Positions 18,877 to 28,399 of a stretch of 64,000 bases of DNA are shown here, in pieces; the stretch's first letter is position 1; each line of letters opens with the position of its first letter. A program made the translations under genes and the position numbers. The stretch lies in assembly GCA_031962025.1 (NCBI GenBank), contig JAVRKW010000003.1. One strand, written 5' to 3'. The notes below the pieces were generated by a model that searched no databases, was not told where the DNA came from, and saw only the letters and a program-made list of their open reading frames with translations. This stretch comes from Pseudothermotoga sp. (GTDB taxonomy: Bacteria; Thermotogota; Thermotogae; Thermotogales; DSM-5069).

Positions 18877-20231
18877 CATTCTCTTGTCACCTGCTCTATT
18901 TCGTAAAAAGAAGCGGTTTTTGGTTCGAACATGAGTACTACCGTGCCAATAGGTCCATTCCTCTGCTTGCCTATGATTATCTCGGCTTCGTGTGGTTCGT
19001 GAATGCGATCGCTTTTTTTGTAGTATTCATCTCTGTATATGAAAAGAACAGTATCTGCATCCTGTTCAATTGCACCTGACTCTCTCAGATCACTCAGACG
19101 TGGTCTTTTGTCCTCTCGAGCTTCGACGGCACGGGAAAGCTGAGAAAGCGCCACAACGACTATGTTCAGCTCTCTGGACAAAAGTTTTAGAGATCTTGAG
19201 ATTTCTGAGATTTCTTGCTGCCTGCTCTCAGACCCGCCACCTCTTAAGTGCATCAACTGCAGATAATCAATGAAAATGGCGTCTATGTTGTATTCTCTTT
19301 TCATTCTCCGAGCCTTTGCGCGCAGTGTCCTGGGATCGAGTGAAGGTTCGTCGTCGACGATCAAATTGGCTTTGTAAAGTACTGATGCTCCCACAGTCAA
19401 TCTATCCCATTCTTCGTTGGTGAGAAAACCCGTTCGAAGTTTGTGCAAATCCACCCTTGATTCCGTGCAGAGCAGTCTTTGAGCGAGCTGTTCTTTTGAC
19501 ATCTCCAAGCTGAAAATACCAATGGAGAGATTGAATTTGACTGCCATATTTCGTGCTATTGTCAGAGCAAAGGCAGTTTTACCGACTGAAGGACGAGCCG
19601 CAACGATAACAAGGTCAGATTTGTGGAAACCTGTTGTCTGTCTGTCTAAGGATTTCAATCCAGTTGGCAAGCCACTGACAACGGCTCCAGGTTCCAGAAC
19701 ATTCGCATTTCTTGTTCTGAGGTCTTCGAGATTCTCAAAGACCTGGTGCATGATCGCACCGATATGTTCATAGGTCTTGGTGGTTCTGGATTCTGCTATG
19801 TCAAAGACAACTCTCTCAGCTTCATCGAGTATTTCATCGACTTCTTTTTCACCGTAAGCAGATTCAACGATGTTTCTGCCTGCTTCTATGAGACTGCGCA
19901 GGATAGATTTATCTCTAACTATTTTTGCATAATGCATCACATGAGCTGACGTTGGAACAGCTTCTGCCAGTTTTGCAACGTCCAGATCACTGCCTACGAA
20001 TTTCATCTGCCCATTTTTTTTCAACTCTTCGCACACAGATAGTATGTCAATCGGGTCTCCTCTTTCATAGAGCCTCTCCATTACAGAGAAAATGGCTTGA
20101 TGCTTTTTGGAATAAAAGTCACCATTTCTGAGTATTTCCATGACATCGTTGACAACGCTGGGATCTATCAGAATACTTCCCAGTACAGCTTCTTCTGCTT
20201 CAAGGTTATTCGGCGGGATCATCTGAGCCAC
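18876..20231 (-). CDS. dnaB: Replicative DNA helicase
   Basis: PPNNLEAE, AARPSVGKT, IDYLQL, LSQLSR, SDLRESGAIEQDAD, KQRNGP. Confidence 0.97.
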   Translation of the reverse strand: MAQMIPPNNLEAEEAVLGSILIDPSVVNDVMEILRNGDFYSKKHQAIFSVMERLYERGDPIDILSVCEELKKNGQMKFVGSDLDVAKLAEAVPTSAHVMHYAKIVRDKSILRSLIEAGRNIVESAYGEKEVDEILDEAERVVFDIAESRTTKTYEHIGAIMHQVFENLEDLRTRNANVLEPGAVVSGLPTGLKSLDRQTTGFHKSDLVIVAARPSVGKTAFALTIARNMAVKFNLSIGIFSLEMSKEQLAQRLLCTESRVDLHKLRTGFLTNEEWDRLTVGASVLYKANLIVDDEPSLDPRTLRAKARRMKREYNIDAIFIDYLQLMHLRGGGSESRQQEISEISRSLKLLSRELNIVVVALSQLSRAVEAREDKRPRLSDLRESGAIEQDADTVLFIYRDEYYKKSDRIHEPHEAEIIIGKQRNGPIGTVVLMFEPKTASFYEIEQVTRE

Positions 20232-20262
20232 AGTCGATCACTCCTAACAGAAAATTTAACAC

Positions 20263-20290
20263 AAAAAACGGAGCCAGAGAAGCTCCGTTT
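20263..20290 (-). terminator. Terminator directly after tRNA-Ala
   Basis: Minus strand AAACGGAGC-TTCTCTG-GCTCCGTTTTTT. Confidence 0.8.
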
Positions 20291-20366
20291 TGGTGGAGCC
20301 GATGGGATTCGAACCCACGGCTTCTACCTTGCGAAGGTAGCGCTCTCCCAGCTGAGCTACGGCCCC
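20291..20366 (-). tRNA. tRNA-Ala(CGC)
   Basis: GGGGCCGTAGCTCAGCTGGGAGAGCG; anticodon arm CTACC-TTCGCAA-GGTAG; TTCGAAT; G3:U70; encoded CCA. Confidence 0.97.
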
Positions 20367-20376
20367 AACACAGAAA

Positions 20377-20405
20377 ATTATAATCTTTCAGGTCGAAACT
20401 TTCAA
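20377..20405 (-). promoter_or_regulatory. sigma70 promoter of tRNA-Ala
   Basis: TTGAAA-17 nt-TATAAT on minus strand. Confidence 0.85.
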
Positions 20406-20959
20406 CTTTCTTTCATCAAGCCCCGCAGAATCAGATCCTGTATTGCTTCGGTTGCAGAAGAGCCGCTCATGGCTTGGGCTATCAATTTTGCGGCTACTTT
20501 TGGATCTACATCGGGATGTACGATTTGGTTTTGTTTACCTTCTTCGATCAGTCTTGCCACCTTATCGACAAAGACATCGTAACGTTCTTTCAACCTTGAC
20601 CAGGTTGTTTCCGGATCATCGGTATTGTTGTTGAGAACAGCAGGTCTTTCTCTTTCTATGACTTTTGATAGAACCTTTCTGCTTGTGACAAAATCTATGT
20701 AAGCCTTCAAGAATCGCTTGATTTTTTTCACGTAGTAGTTCTCGTTTTCTATCTCTTTGAAAATGTGTTTTTCGAGCTCTTCGAGTGCGTTGTTCCAGAT
20801 CTCTTCAAAGAGAATTTCCTTGCTTGGGAAATAATAGTATATGAGTGCTTTGCGCACACCAGCACGCTGTGCGATTTCTTCAACACTCACTCCATCAAAA
20901 CCTTTTTCAGAAAAAGCGATTCTTGCAGCTTCAAGAATCTTTTCACGTGTATCTGACAT
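20402..20959 (-). CDS. TetR/AcrR family transcriptional regulator
   Basis: REKILEAA...FSEKGFDGVSVEEIAQRAGV.KALIYYYFPSKE; ATG after GGAG. Confidence 0.93.
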   Translation of the reverse strand: MSDTREKILEAARIAFSEKGFDGVSVEEIAQRAGVRKALIYYYFPSKEILFEEIWNNALEELEKHIFKEIENENYYVKKIKRFLKAYIDFVTSRKVLSKVIERERPAVLNNNTDDPETTWSRLKERYDVFVDKVARLIEEGKQNQIVHPDVDPKVAAKLIAQAMSGSSATEAIQDLILRGLMKES

Positions 20960-21001
20960 TTTTTCACTCCTTGCCAATGCAAGGAAGTGAGGAGAGCCTC
21001 C

Positions 21002-22456
21002 TCACTTCAATTTCTTATCAACGGCAAGAGCTTCTTCTTTATTTGCATAACGTTTCATGCGCACCTCGTAGTTGTATATACCCCTGTTTACGGGATATCT
21101 GTCGACATACCCATGTTCGTACCAGAGTTTATCGGCATAGGTTTTCCATTCTTCAGCCAGTTTGTCGAGTTCCTGAGCCAGATCTTCCACGACTCTTTCT
21201 GAACCTTCATGCTGTGGTATTGCGTTGAAGTGCTTGACCATCGCCCTGTAAACCTTTGGATTGTCGATGATCGGGCATGGTCTGAATAGGTTGTTTGAAT
21301 ACGGTACCATTCTTTTGTAAGATTCGAAGAATGGTGATTTGAGTATCTCCAGAAGGGATTTTTCTCTGATGCTGTCAACTGCAAATTGCTGGAAAACACA
21401 TGGTTCAACATAGCCTTTGGCATTGACGTGGAAGTATTTCGCACCGGCGGCAAGACAGCCATGGGTTAAAAAGCCGTGGTTCCAGAAATCTGCCACAAAT
21501 GCGAATTTTCCACCAAGTCTTACTTCATCTGTCTTGAAGAATCTTTCGTATCTCTGCTGGGCTGTTGGAACAAGATCCATCGATGCGTTGATTCCCACAG
21601 GCATGTATTGAAAGACCCATGCGTAAACAACCTGTTGTTCCTCGAGGAATTTCCAGAATTCATCTTTCATCAGTGTGTCGTGGTTCATTCTGGTTGCGGT
21701 GATCGAAGCACCGAAAGGCACACCGTATTTTCTGAGCCTTTCCCAGGTTTCCATGATGCTCTTAAAGACGCCCCTACCGCGCCTCCAGTCTGTGTCAAGT
21801 TCAAAGCCTTCTACAGAAATTGCAGGCGTTGCATTTCCAAGTTTTGAAAGTTTCTGTGCAACTTCATCGGTAATGAGTGTTCCGTTTGTGTAGATCAAGA
21901 AGTAATTATCATCGAATTCTTCGAGAATATCCATTAAATGTGGCCAGTAGAATGGTTCTCCTCCGGTGATAACCCAGAAATAGATTCCCAGTTCATTGGC
22001 TTCTCTTATTACTTTCTCAACCTCTTCTTTTGTGAGTTCGTATTTTCTTCCATACATGCCGGCATAACAACCAACGCAGTTTAGATTGCAGGCATAGGTT
22101 GGACTTATCACACCGAGCTTTGGCAGGACGACTTTGTGTTCATGCATCTTCTGCTGTCTCAATGGTTCACCAATTGCAAATTCATTGATTATGAGGTTGT
22201 TTACAATCTTCTCCACGCATTTTGGACTTGATCTTCTAAACACATTGACCCAGCTTGTTATCATCGGGTGTTTTTCTTTTGCCATGATAGCCAGCTTTTT
22301 CAAAGCGCTTTTTGAGGGTTCTTTTGTGAATGCACTCAGGGTAGAAAAAAGTCTGTACAATCCTTCTTCATCGGTGTGATGGAGAACTGTCGAGACGAGC
22401 TTTCCCGTCTGCCTATAAATAACACCTTTGATTCCTCCCACTACAGGCATAATCAT
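21002..22456 (-). CDS. Radical SAM protein with C-terminal SPASM/twitch-like domain
   Basis: CNLNCVGC, TGGEP, YTNGT, GCLAAG...VEPC...RPCP. Confidence 0.9.
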   Translation of the reverse strand: MIMPVVGGIKGVIYRQTGKLVSTVLHHTDEEGLYRLFSTLSAFTKEPSKSALKKLAIMAKEKHPMITSWVNVFRRSSPKCVEKIVNNLIINEFAIGEPLRQQKMHEHKVVLPKLGVISPTYACNLNCVGCYAGMYGRKYELTKEEVEKVIREANELGIYFWVITGGEPFYWPHLMDILEEFDDNYFLIYTNGTLITDEVAQKLSKLGNATPAISVEGFELDTDWRRGRGVFKSIMETWERLRKYGVPFGASITATRMNHDTLMKDEFWKFLEEQQVVYAWVFQYMPVGINASMDLVPTAQQRYERFFKTDEVRLGGKFAFVADFWNHGFLTHGCLAAGAKYFHVNAKGYVEPCVFQQFAVDSIREKSLLEILKSPFFESYKRMVPYSNNLFRPCPIIDNPKVYRAMVKHFNAIPQHEGSERVVEDLAQELDKLAEEWKTYADKLWYEHGYVDRYPVNRGIYNYEVRMKRYANKEEALAVDKKLK

Positions 22457-22467
22457 ACCTCCTTTAC

Positions 22468-22481
22468 TGACTGGTCGGTCA
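22468..22481. promoter_or_regulatory. Putative TetR operator
   Basis: Imperfect palindrome TGACTGGTCGGTCA between a -10-like CATAAT and the SD of the radical SAM gene. Confidence 0.6.
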
Positions 22482-22525
22482 AATTATGGAGGATATAGAT
22501 GACTTTAAAATTAAGATTAGGTAAC

Positions 22526-23767
22526 TTAATTATTTCGCAGTGAGTTCAATCTCTTCCAGATGATCTTCGTGGCACGTGTGTCGTCTTCGTTGTAGTCCAA
22601 AACCAGTTTCAGATAAGATTCGTCGTGTGTATTCAGCCATAACTGAAAGTATCTGCTTGCTCTCATGCCATCGAGGTTTGTTCTCCAGTGAAAATCATAC
22701 AGACGTGCCACGCTCTTAAGAGAGTAGCTAAAAAGCGGAAGCGCGACATGTTTGGATAAAATCTGGTAGATATCTGTGAATCTGTTTTTGATCTTTAAAA
22801 ATGAAGATTTTAACCCGTGCCACTTCTCTGAAAGACTGGAAAACCTTGAAGGTTCATAGGCGCAGTAATGATAAATTGGTCCATCGGTTTGTTCAAGAAA
22901 GTCAAGGACATCTGCAAAGATCCTGTACTCCTGCTCTTCGTTTTCACACAAAAATGGTATGTACTTATCATCCACGAGCACACCAAACAGATAGTCAAAA
23001 TCTCTGCTGGTGTGTGATTCAATATCAAGAAAAACACCGCTTGCGAGTTCCTGATACTCGCACAGAATTATTTCTCTTTTTTCGATGAGCGCAGTCGCTT
23101 TCTTTTTCAATTTTTCAAAACTTTCCTCAGGTATGTCCTTTGGTCTTTGATTTTGAACGATGGCTGATAGATTATCTATACCATTTTCGATCAACTTTAT
23201 TCTGGTTTTTTCACTCAACCCATGGATTGCCGATAGATCCTGTTTTTGCACCAGAACATCTGTACAATTTAGAACGTGCGGACAGGTTTTACACTGTGAA
23301 ACGGGTTTAGGGTCCGGCAGGTCCTGTGTTTTCAATTCTGCAAGGTTTTCAATCAGTGCGAACAGGCGTGTCAAGCCATCTCTCCAGTCGATCTGTTTTG
23401 TGAAATATGGCGAATCTATGATCAACTGGGAAATGATATATCCTGCACTTGAAAAGACATAACCATGAAAAGCGGCTTCTATGAGATATTTGTTTTTGAA
23501 AGTTTTGGCGCTTTTTTTGAGTATTATTTTCCATTTATCACCATCCGGAACAACTGCGTATGGATCAGAAACAAGGTTCAACCCGAACAGCTCTGTACTC
23601 AAAACAGGTTTTTCAACTGAAAACCCCAGTTTCATCATATCTCTTGTTTCCTGTTCTGAAAAAGTACTCTGCCTGTTTTTGTTTTCCTCTCTTTCAAGGC
23701 AGTATCTTCTTGGACAAATCAGGAACTGTTCTATGTCGTCAAACCAGATCTCTCTATTCACAATCAT
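22526..23767 (-). CDS. TM0106-family RecB-like putative nuclease with C-terminal RNase H-like (DEDD) domain
   Basis: CPRR, CKTC.....C, HhH-like segment, FLDIES, YSLKSVA, YNEDD. Confidence 0.8.
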   Translation of the reverse strand: MIVNREIWFDDIEQFLICPRRYCLEREENKNRQSTFSEQETRDMMKLGFSVEKPVLSTELFGLNLVSDPYAVVPDGDKWKIILKKSAKTFKNKYLIEAAFHGYVFSSAGYIISQLIIDSPYFTKQIDWRDGLTRLFALIENLAELKTQDLPDPKPVSQCKTCPHVLNCTDVLVQKQDLSAIHGLSEKTRIKLIENGIDNLSAIVQNQRPKDIPEESFEKLKKKATALIEKREIILCEYQELASGVFLDIESHTSRDFDYLFGVLVDDKYIPFLCENEEQEYRIFADVLDFLEQTDGPIYHYCAYEPSRFSSLSEKWHGLKSSFLKIKNRFTDIYQILSKHVALPLFSYSLKSVARLYDFHWRTNLDGMRASRYFQLWLNTHDESYLKLVLDYNEDDTRATKIIWKRLNSLRNN

Positions 23768-25268
23768 TCCACCATTCTTGTGCTACCGATTTGATTTTGC
23801 TTTCAACAAACGAGCGGATTCTCAAAAATTGATCGTTGAAAAAGGTATCGTCAGGTGCGTCTTCTAAAAGTGGTCTAACCTGATCGGCGAGTGCTTCATT
23901 TTGCACGGAACATTTCATTGGTCTGCGGAACTCAAGAGCCTTTACAGCACACATCAACTCAATGGAAACAAGTGAGATGATATTCTCCAGTATTTTTAAA
24001 ACCTTCAGGCAGGCATTCATTCCCATACTCACATGATCTTCCTGATAAGCACTCGTTGGGATGGAATCAACCGATGCAGGGTGTGCCAGGATTTTATTCT
24101 CGTTGCACAGAGCAGCTGCTGTGTACTGCCAGATCATGTAGCCAGAGTTGATGCCGCTCTTCTGTGCCAGAAAAGGTGGTAAACCTTCGTTCACCTTTGG
24201 GTTTAAAAGTCTGTCGATTCTCCTTTCAATGATATTTCCAAGGTCGGTCAGTGCTATTGAAAGAAAATCCGCTGCGAGTGCTAAAGGCTCTCCGTGAAAA
24301 TTACCCTGGGATATGATCTGTCCGTTGAAGACTAATGGGTTGTCTGTTGCAGAATTGATTTCTGTTTGCGTAACACTCTTGACGTAATTTATCGTATCTA
24401 AGACAGCGCCATAAACCTGTGGTATACACCTGATTGAATAAGCATCCTGCACGCGAGAACAATTTCTATGGGATTCTCTTATCTGGCTGCCCTCGAGAAA
24501 GTTTTTCATCAATTTCGCAATTATCTTTTGCCCTTCATGTGGTCTTGCAAGCCATACTATATCTTCGTATGCATCAGACGAGGAAAAAAGCACATCTGCC
24601 GATAGAGAAGCAACCTGAGTTGCAAGATAGATCAGATTCAAAGAATCGTTAAGTGCCACGCACAGATTCGCAGCCATTGCCTGCGTGCCATTCACAAGGC
24701 TCAGACCCTCTTTTTCCGTCAAAAACAACGGTTGTACGTGTTTTTCTTCTAAAACCCGGCTTGATGGAATCTTCATACCATCTTCCAGTACGTAACCTTC
24801 ACCGATGATCACCAAAGCCATGTGAGCAAGCGGGGCAAGATCGCCGCTGGCACCAACAGATCCCTTTGATGGAACAAAAGGAGTAATTCTTTTGTTGAGA
24901 AGTTCGCAGATTTTTTCGACCACAACCGGTCTAACCCCTGAAAAGCCAAGAGCCAAGGAATTTGCTCTTATCAGCATCATCGCTCGGACTATCTCTTCAC
25001 TGAGTGGTTCGCCAACACCGCAGGCATGAGACAATAGAATATTTCGCTGGAGTTTCATCAGATCTTCTTTTGAAATTCTCGTTGTTGCAAGGGCACCAAA
25101 TCCGGTGTTTACACCATAAACGGTCTTCCCGTTTTCAAGAATCTGTTCAACAGTCTGTCTGCTTTTTTGCATCTTTTCGACTGCCGCTGGTGAAAGAGAA
25201 ACCTGTTCGAAGTATCTGGCAACTTTGATGACATCCTGTATAGTTAAAAATTCTCCGATGTTTTTCAT
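23754..25268 (-). CDS. hutH: Histidine ammonia-lyase
   Basis: YGVNTGFG, LSHACG, GASGDLAPL (MIO), QDAYSIRC, QEDHVSMG. Confidence 0.95.
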   Translation of the reverse strand: MKNIGEFLTIQDVIKVARYFEQVSLSPAAVEKMQKSRQTVEQILENGKTVYGVNTGFGALATTRISKEDLMKLQRNILLSHACGVGEPLSEEIVRAMMLIRANSLALGFSGVRPVVVEKICELLNKRITPFVPSKGSVGASGDLAPLAHMALVIIGEGYVLEDGMKIPSSRVLEEKHVQPLFLTEKEGLSLVNGTQAMAANLCVALNDSLNLIYLATQVASLSADVLFSSSDAYEDIVWLARPHEGQKIIAKLMKNFLEGSQIRESHRNCSRVQDAYSIRCIPQVYGAVLDTINYVKSVTQTEINSATDNPLVFNGQIISQGNFHGEPLALAADFLSIALTDLGNIIERRIDRLLNPKVNEGLPPFLAQKSGINSGYMIWQYTAAALCNENKILAHPASVDSIPTSAYQEDHVSMGMNACLKVLKILENIISLVSIELMCAVKALEFRRPMKCSVQNEALADQVRPLLEDAPDDTFFNDQFLRIRSFVESKIKSVAQEWWNDCE

Positions 25269-25319
25269 TCAATCACTCCTTTACCACTTATAGTATATCG
25301 AAAAAAACCTGTTCAACTG

Positions 25320-25328
25320 TGATATACT
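25320..25328 (+). promoter_or_regulatory. Extended -10 promoter of the zapB-like/zapA/murI operon
   Basis: TG-A-TATACT. Confidence 0.5.
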
Positions 25329-25350
25329 TTATTTCCAAGGGGTGAAAACG

Positions 25351-25605
25351 TTGGATAAACTCAATGAACTTGAGGTTCTGGTGGATAAGGTTTTGCAGGA
25401 TTATAAAAGATTGAAAGAGGAAAACGAACAGCTCTGGAGCCAGATGAACGAAGCCTTGAGCAAGATTGAAAGACTTGACAAAGAAAAAAGAGAACTCGAA
25501 ACGCTTGTGGAGAGCTACCGCAATTCTTTGAGTTCGCTGGTTGAAAGGCTTCAAAAAATAATAGGAGCTACGGAGAATGTATATGAGGAAAAGTATCACA
25601 ATTAG
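25351..25605 (+). CDS. Coiled-coil protein, ZapB-like
   Basis: Continuous heptad pattern, directly upstream of zapA; TTG start after AGGGGTG. Confidence 0.6.
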   Translation: MDKLNELEVLVDKVLQDYKRLKEENEQLWSQMNEALSKIERLDKEKRELETLVESYRNSLSSLVERLQKIIGATENVYEEKYHN

Positions 25606-25852
25606 ACTCGGTGAAAAAACGTATGATCTGACAACTGATGCGAATGAGGAAGAACTCATAAACGTCCTGAACCGCATTCAGACCCAGTACTCCCAGATTA
25701 AAAACAGTGCACAGGATGCCGAAATAGATGAAATTCTCATTGTTATGCTCGCAAATGCCGTGTTAGATCAGGTGAGATGTGAAAAAACCATCTCGCAACT
25801 GATAGCAAAACTCAATCAATTTGCACCGAGAAAAGAGGGAAAAACAAATTGA
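25583..25852 (+). CDS. zapA: Cell division protein ZapA
   Basis: ITIRLGEKTYDL...ILIVMLAN, C-terminal coiled coil. Confidence 0.7.
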   Translation: MRKSITIRLGEKTYDLTTDANEEELINVLNRIQTQYSQIKNSAQDAEIDEILIVMLANAVLDQVRCEKTISQLIAKLNQFAPRKEGKTN

Positions 25853-26616
25853 AAATAGGGCTTTTTGACTCGGGCATAGGTGGCTTGACCGTTTTAGCTC
25901 AGCTTGCAAAATACATGCCTGGTGGTGAATATTTTTATGTTGCCGATACTTTTAATGCCCCATTTGGAACTAAGACGCAGGAGCAGATTTTAAAAATATC
26001 TCTCAGAATCATGGACTTTTTACAAAAATCTGGTGTTGAATGCATAGTAACTGCGTGCAATACGGCTGATGCATCGATCAGATCTGCAGAGGCGGATTTG
26101 AAAATACCGTATTTCGGTATACTCGATTTTGAGATCCCTGAAAAACTCCAAAAAGTAGCCGTGATTGCCACAAAATTCACAGCCGAGAGTGGAATCTATT
26201 CAAAGATTTTAAAAAGCAAAGGTGTGAAAGAGGTGCTTGAGATACCATGTCAAGGTCTTGTTAAAATAGTTGAAGAAGATCTGATAGATTCACCGTTAGC
26301 GGATCAGGAGATTGAAAAATGCATGGGTATACTCAGAAACAGTGATATTTCCACTTTGATATTTGGTTGCACTCATTTCCCTTTTTTGGCAGATAGAATA
26401 AAAATTCACTTCCCGAAGCTGATTTTATTTGATCCGGCACAAACCGTTGCTGAAAAAATTTCACAAAAGTTTGTAAAACGGACCGATCAAGGGAAGGTGA
26501 GTTTTTTTGTCACAGGTGATCCTGTGAATTTTTCCATTAAAATACAGAAAAAACAGCATTTTTTTGGTTTACCTTTCACGATTCAACAGATCGATCTGGG
26601 GGACTTGAAAAGATGA
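25849..26616 (+). CDS. murI: Glutamate racemase
   Basis: FDSGIGGLTV, ACNTA, GCTHFP. Confidence 0.95.
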   Translation: MKIGLFDSGIGGLTVLAQLAKYMPGGEYFYVADTFNAPFGTKTQEQILKISLRIMDFLQKSGVECIVTACNTADASIRSAEADLKIPYFGILDFEIPEKLQKVAVIATKFTAESGIYSKILKSKGVKEVLEIPCQGLVKIVEEDLIDSPLADQEIEKCMGILRNSDISTLIFGCTHFPFLADRIKIHFPKLILFDPAQTVAEKISQKFVKRTDQGKVSFFVTGDPVNFSIKIQKKQHFFGLPFTIQQIDLGDLKR

Positions 26617-27449
26617 AGAGAGTTCTGGTTGTTTCCGGACTGTCGGGTGCAGGTAAAAGCACAGCCATAAAAGTCCTGGAAGACATGGGATTTTTTTGCA
26701 TAGACAATTTGCCTCCTGCTCTTCTCAACGACTTCATGGCTCTTTTATCCAGTTCTTCTGTTGAAAAGGTCGCACTGGTTATAGATGTAAGGAGCGTTCA
26801 GCTCGGCGATACCGTCCAGGCGGTTAACAGGTTGATTGAAAACTATGACGGTCTTGTCACTGTGATATTTCTTGAGGCTTCCGTTGAAGAATTGCTCAGA
26901 AGATTTGCCGCAACACGTAGACGGCATCCTCTTGAAGGGGCTTTGAACCTTGAACAGGCGATCATGAAAGAAAAAGAGATGCTCAGAGAAATAAGGGAAA
27001 TTTCCATCGTCATAGATACCACAGACTTGGACATACATTCATTGCGCGAGAAAATAGGTTCTTTGTTGAGAGAAGAAGAACAATTCATTATCAGGATAAG
27101 GAGCTTTGGATTCAAGTATGGAATACCGCTCGACACAGATTTTGTGATAGACACGCGCTTTTTACCAAATCCTTTTTATGAAAAAGAGCTGGCACCGCTT
27201 GATGGTAGACATGATAAGGTAAAGGAGTTTTTCAGTAGATACGACATCGTTCAGCAGTTCATAGAGTGCGCTGCAAAGATGGTAACCTTGGCTGCCCATG
27301 GGTACATGAAAGAAGGAAGGGCAACGATGACAGTCTCTGTGGGTTGTACCGGCGGAAGACATAGATCGGTTTACATAGTGGAAAGACTTTTTGAGTTACT
27401 TCAGGAAAATTTCACAGTTTATGTGGAGCACAGGGATGTGAACAAATGA
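26613..27449 (+). CDS. rapZ: RapZ/YvcJ P-loop nucleotide-binding protein
   Basis: GLSGAGKS, DNLP, SFGFKYG, GCTGGRHRSV. Confidence 0.95.
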   Translation: MKRVLVVSGLSGAGKSTAIKVLEDMGFFCIDNLPPALLNDFMALLSSSSVEKVALVIDVRSVQLGDTVQAVNRLIENYDGLVTVIFLEASVEELLRRFAATRRRHPLEGALNLEQAIMKEKEMLREIREISIVIDTTDLDIHSLREKIGSLLREEEQFIIRIRSFGFKYGIPLDTDFVIDTRFLPNPFYEKELAPLDGRHDKVKEFFSRYDIVQQFIECAAKMVTLAAHGYMKEGRATMTVSVGCTGGRHRSVYIVERLFELLQENFTVYVEHRDVNK

Positions 27450-28399
27450 AGGTTGTTGCCATTGGTGGAGGGACAGGTCTTTCCGTTCTCTTGAGAGGCT
27501 TGAAGAATTACGATATAGATCTCACTGCGGTTGTCGCGGTGACAGATGAAGGGGGAAGTTCGGGCAAGATCAGGCAGGAACTGGAGGTTCCTCCTCCCGG
27601 TGATGTTCGAAACAACATCATAGCACTTGCACAGGACGAGAGTTTGATGAGTCGTATTTTTTCTTATAGATTTCAGAGCAACGGTACTCTCTCAAATCAC
27701 AGTGTTGGGAATATCATTTTAGCGGCGCTGACGAGAATGACTGGCAGTTTCAACATGGCTGTCAAATTGGCTTCTAAAATCCTTGCCATTAAAGGTAAAG
27801 TACTGCCTGTATGTGAGCAATTGATCAGGCTTGTTGCTACTTATGATGATGGTACGACGATAGTCGGAGAGACTCAGATCATTCAAAAGCGTGCAAGGAT
27901 AATCTCTGTAAAACTCGACAGACCGGCAAAGGCTCTCGATGAAGTCGTCGAAGTTTTAGAAACATCTGACCTGATTATTTTCGGTCCTGGCAGTCTTTAT
28001 ACGAGCTTGATAACAAACCTTCTTGTTGAGGGTGTCCCACAGGCTATAAATCACAACAAAAATGCGATCAAAATTTACATTGCAAATATAATGACTCAAC
28101 CGGGCGAAACACTCGATATGAGTTTACAGGACCATGTTCGTGAACTGGAAAGGTACCTGAATGGCTCAGTGGACTTTGTCATTGCAAACAACTCGGATTT
28201 TCCAGAGCATTTGATCGATTCTTATTCGCTTGAAGGTGCCGAGCCGGTAATTCCAAAAGGTGCGATTGATAAAAGATACATTTTAAGACCTTTGCTCAAG
28301 ACAGTTTATGAGCCAGGTGATCTTCGACCCAAGGCAAGACACGATTCGGAGTTACTTGCCAAAGCCGTTTTTGAGGTTTGTGGGAGAAAATTCGCATGA
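27446..28399 (+). CDS. yvcK: YvcK/GlmR UDP-GlcNAc-binding gluconeogenesis factor
   Basis: GGGTGL, DEGGSSG, PPGDVRN, GPGSLYTS. Confidence 0.93.
   Translation: MKVVAIGGGTGLSVLLRGLKNYDIDLTAVVAVTDEGGSSGKIRQELEVPPPGDVRNNIIALAQDESLMSRIFSYRFQSNGTLSNHSVGNIILAALTRMTGSFNMAVKLASKILAIKGKVLPVCEQLIRLVATYDDGTTIVGETQIIQKRARIISVKLDRPAKALDEVVEVLETSDLIIFGPGSLYTSLITNLLVEGVPQAINHNKNAIKIYIANIMTQPGETLDMSLQDHVRELERYLNGSVDFVIANNSDFPEHLIDSYSLEGAEPVIPKGAIDKRYILRPLLKTVYEPGDLRPKARHDSELLAKAVFEVCGRKFA

Noticed and set aside
18876..20231. Intein in DnaB
   Set aside because: 451 aa with contiguous helicase motifs; no insertion
20097..20582. 161 aa plus-strand ORF
   Set aside because: Shadow of dnaB, tRNA-Ala and tetR on the opposite strand
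23754..25268. hutH as a Phe/Tyr ammonia-lyase of a secondary-metabolite cluster
   Set aside because: The LSH specificity motif is HAL-type and there are no biosynthetic neighbours; other hut genes may lie elsewhere
25853..25900. 6S RNA after zapA
   Set aside because: murI overlaps the zapA stop; no space
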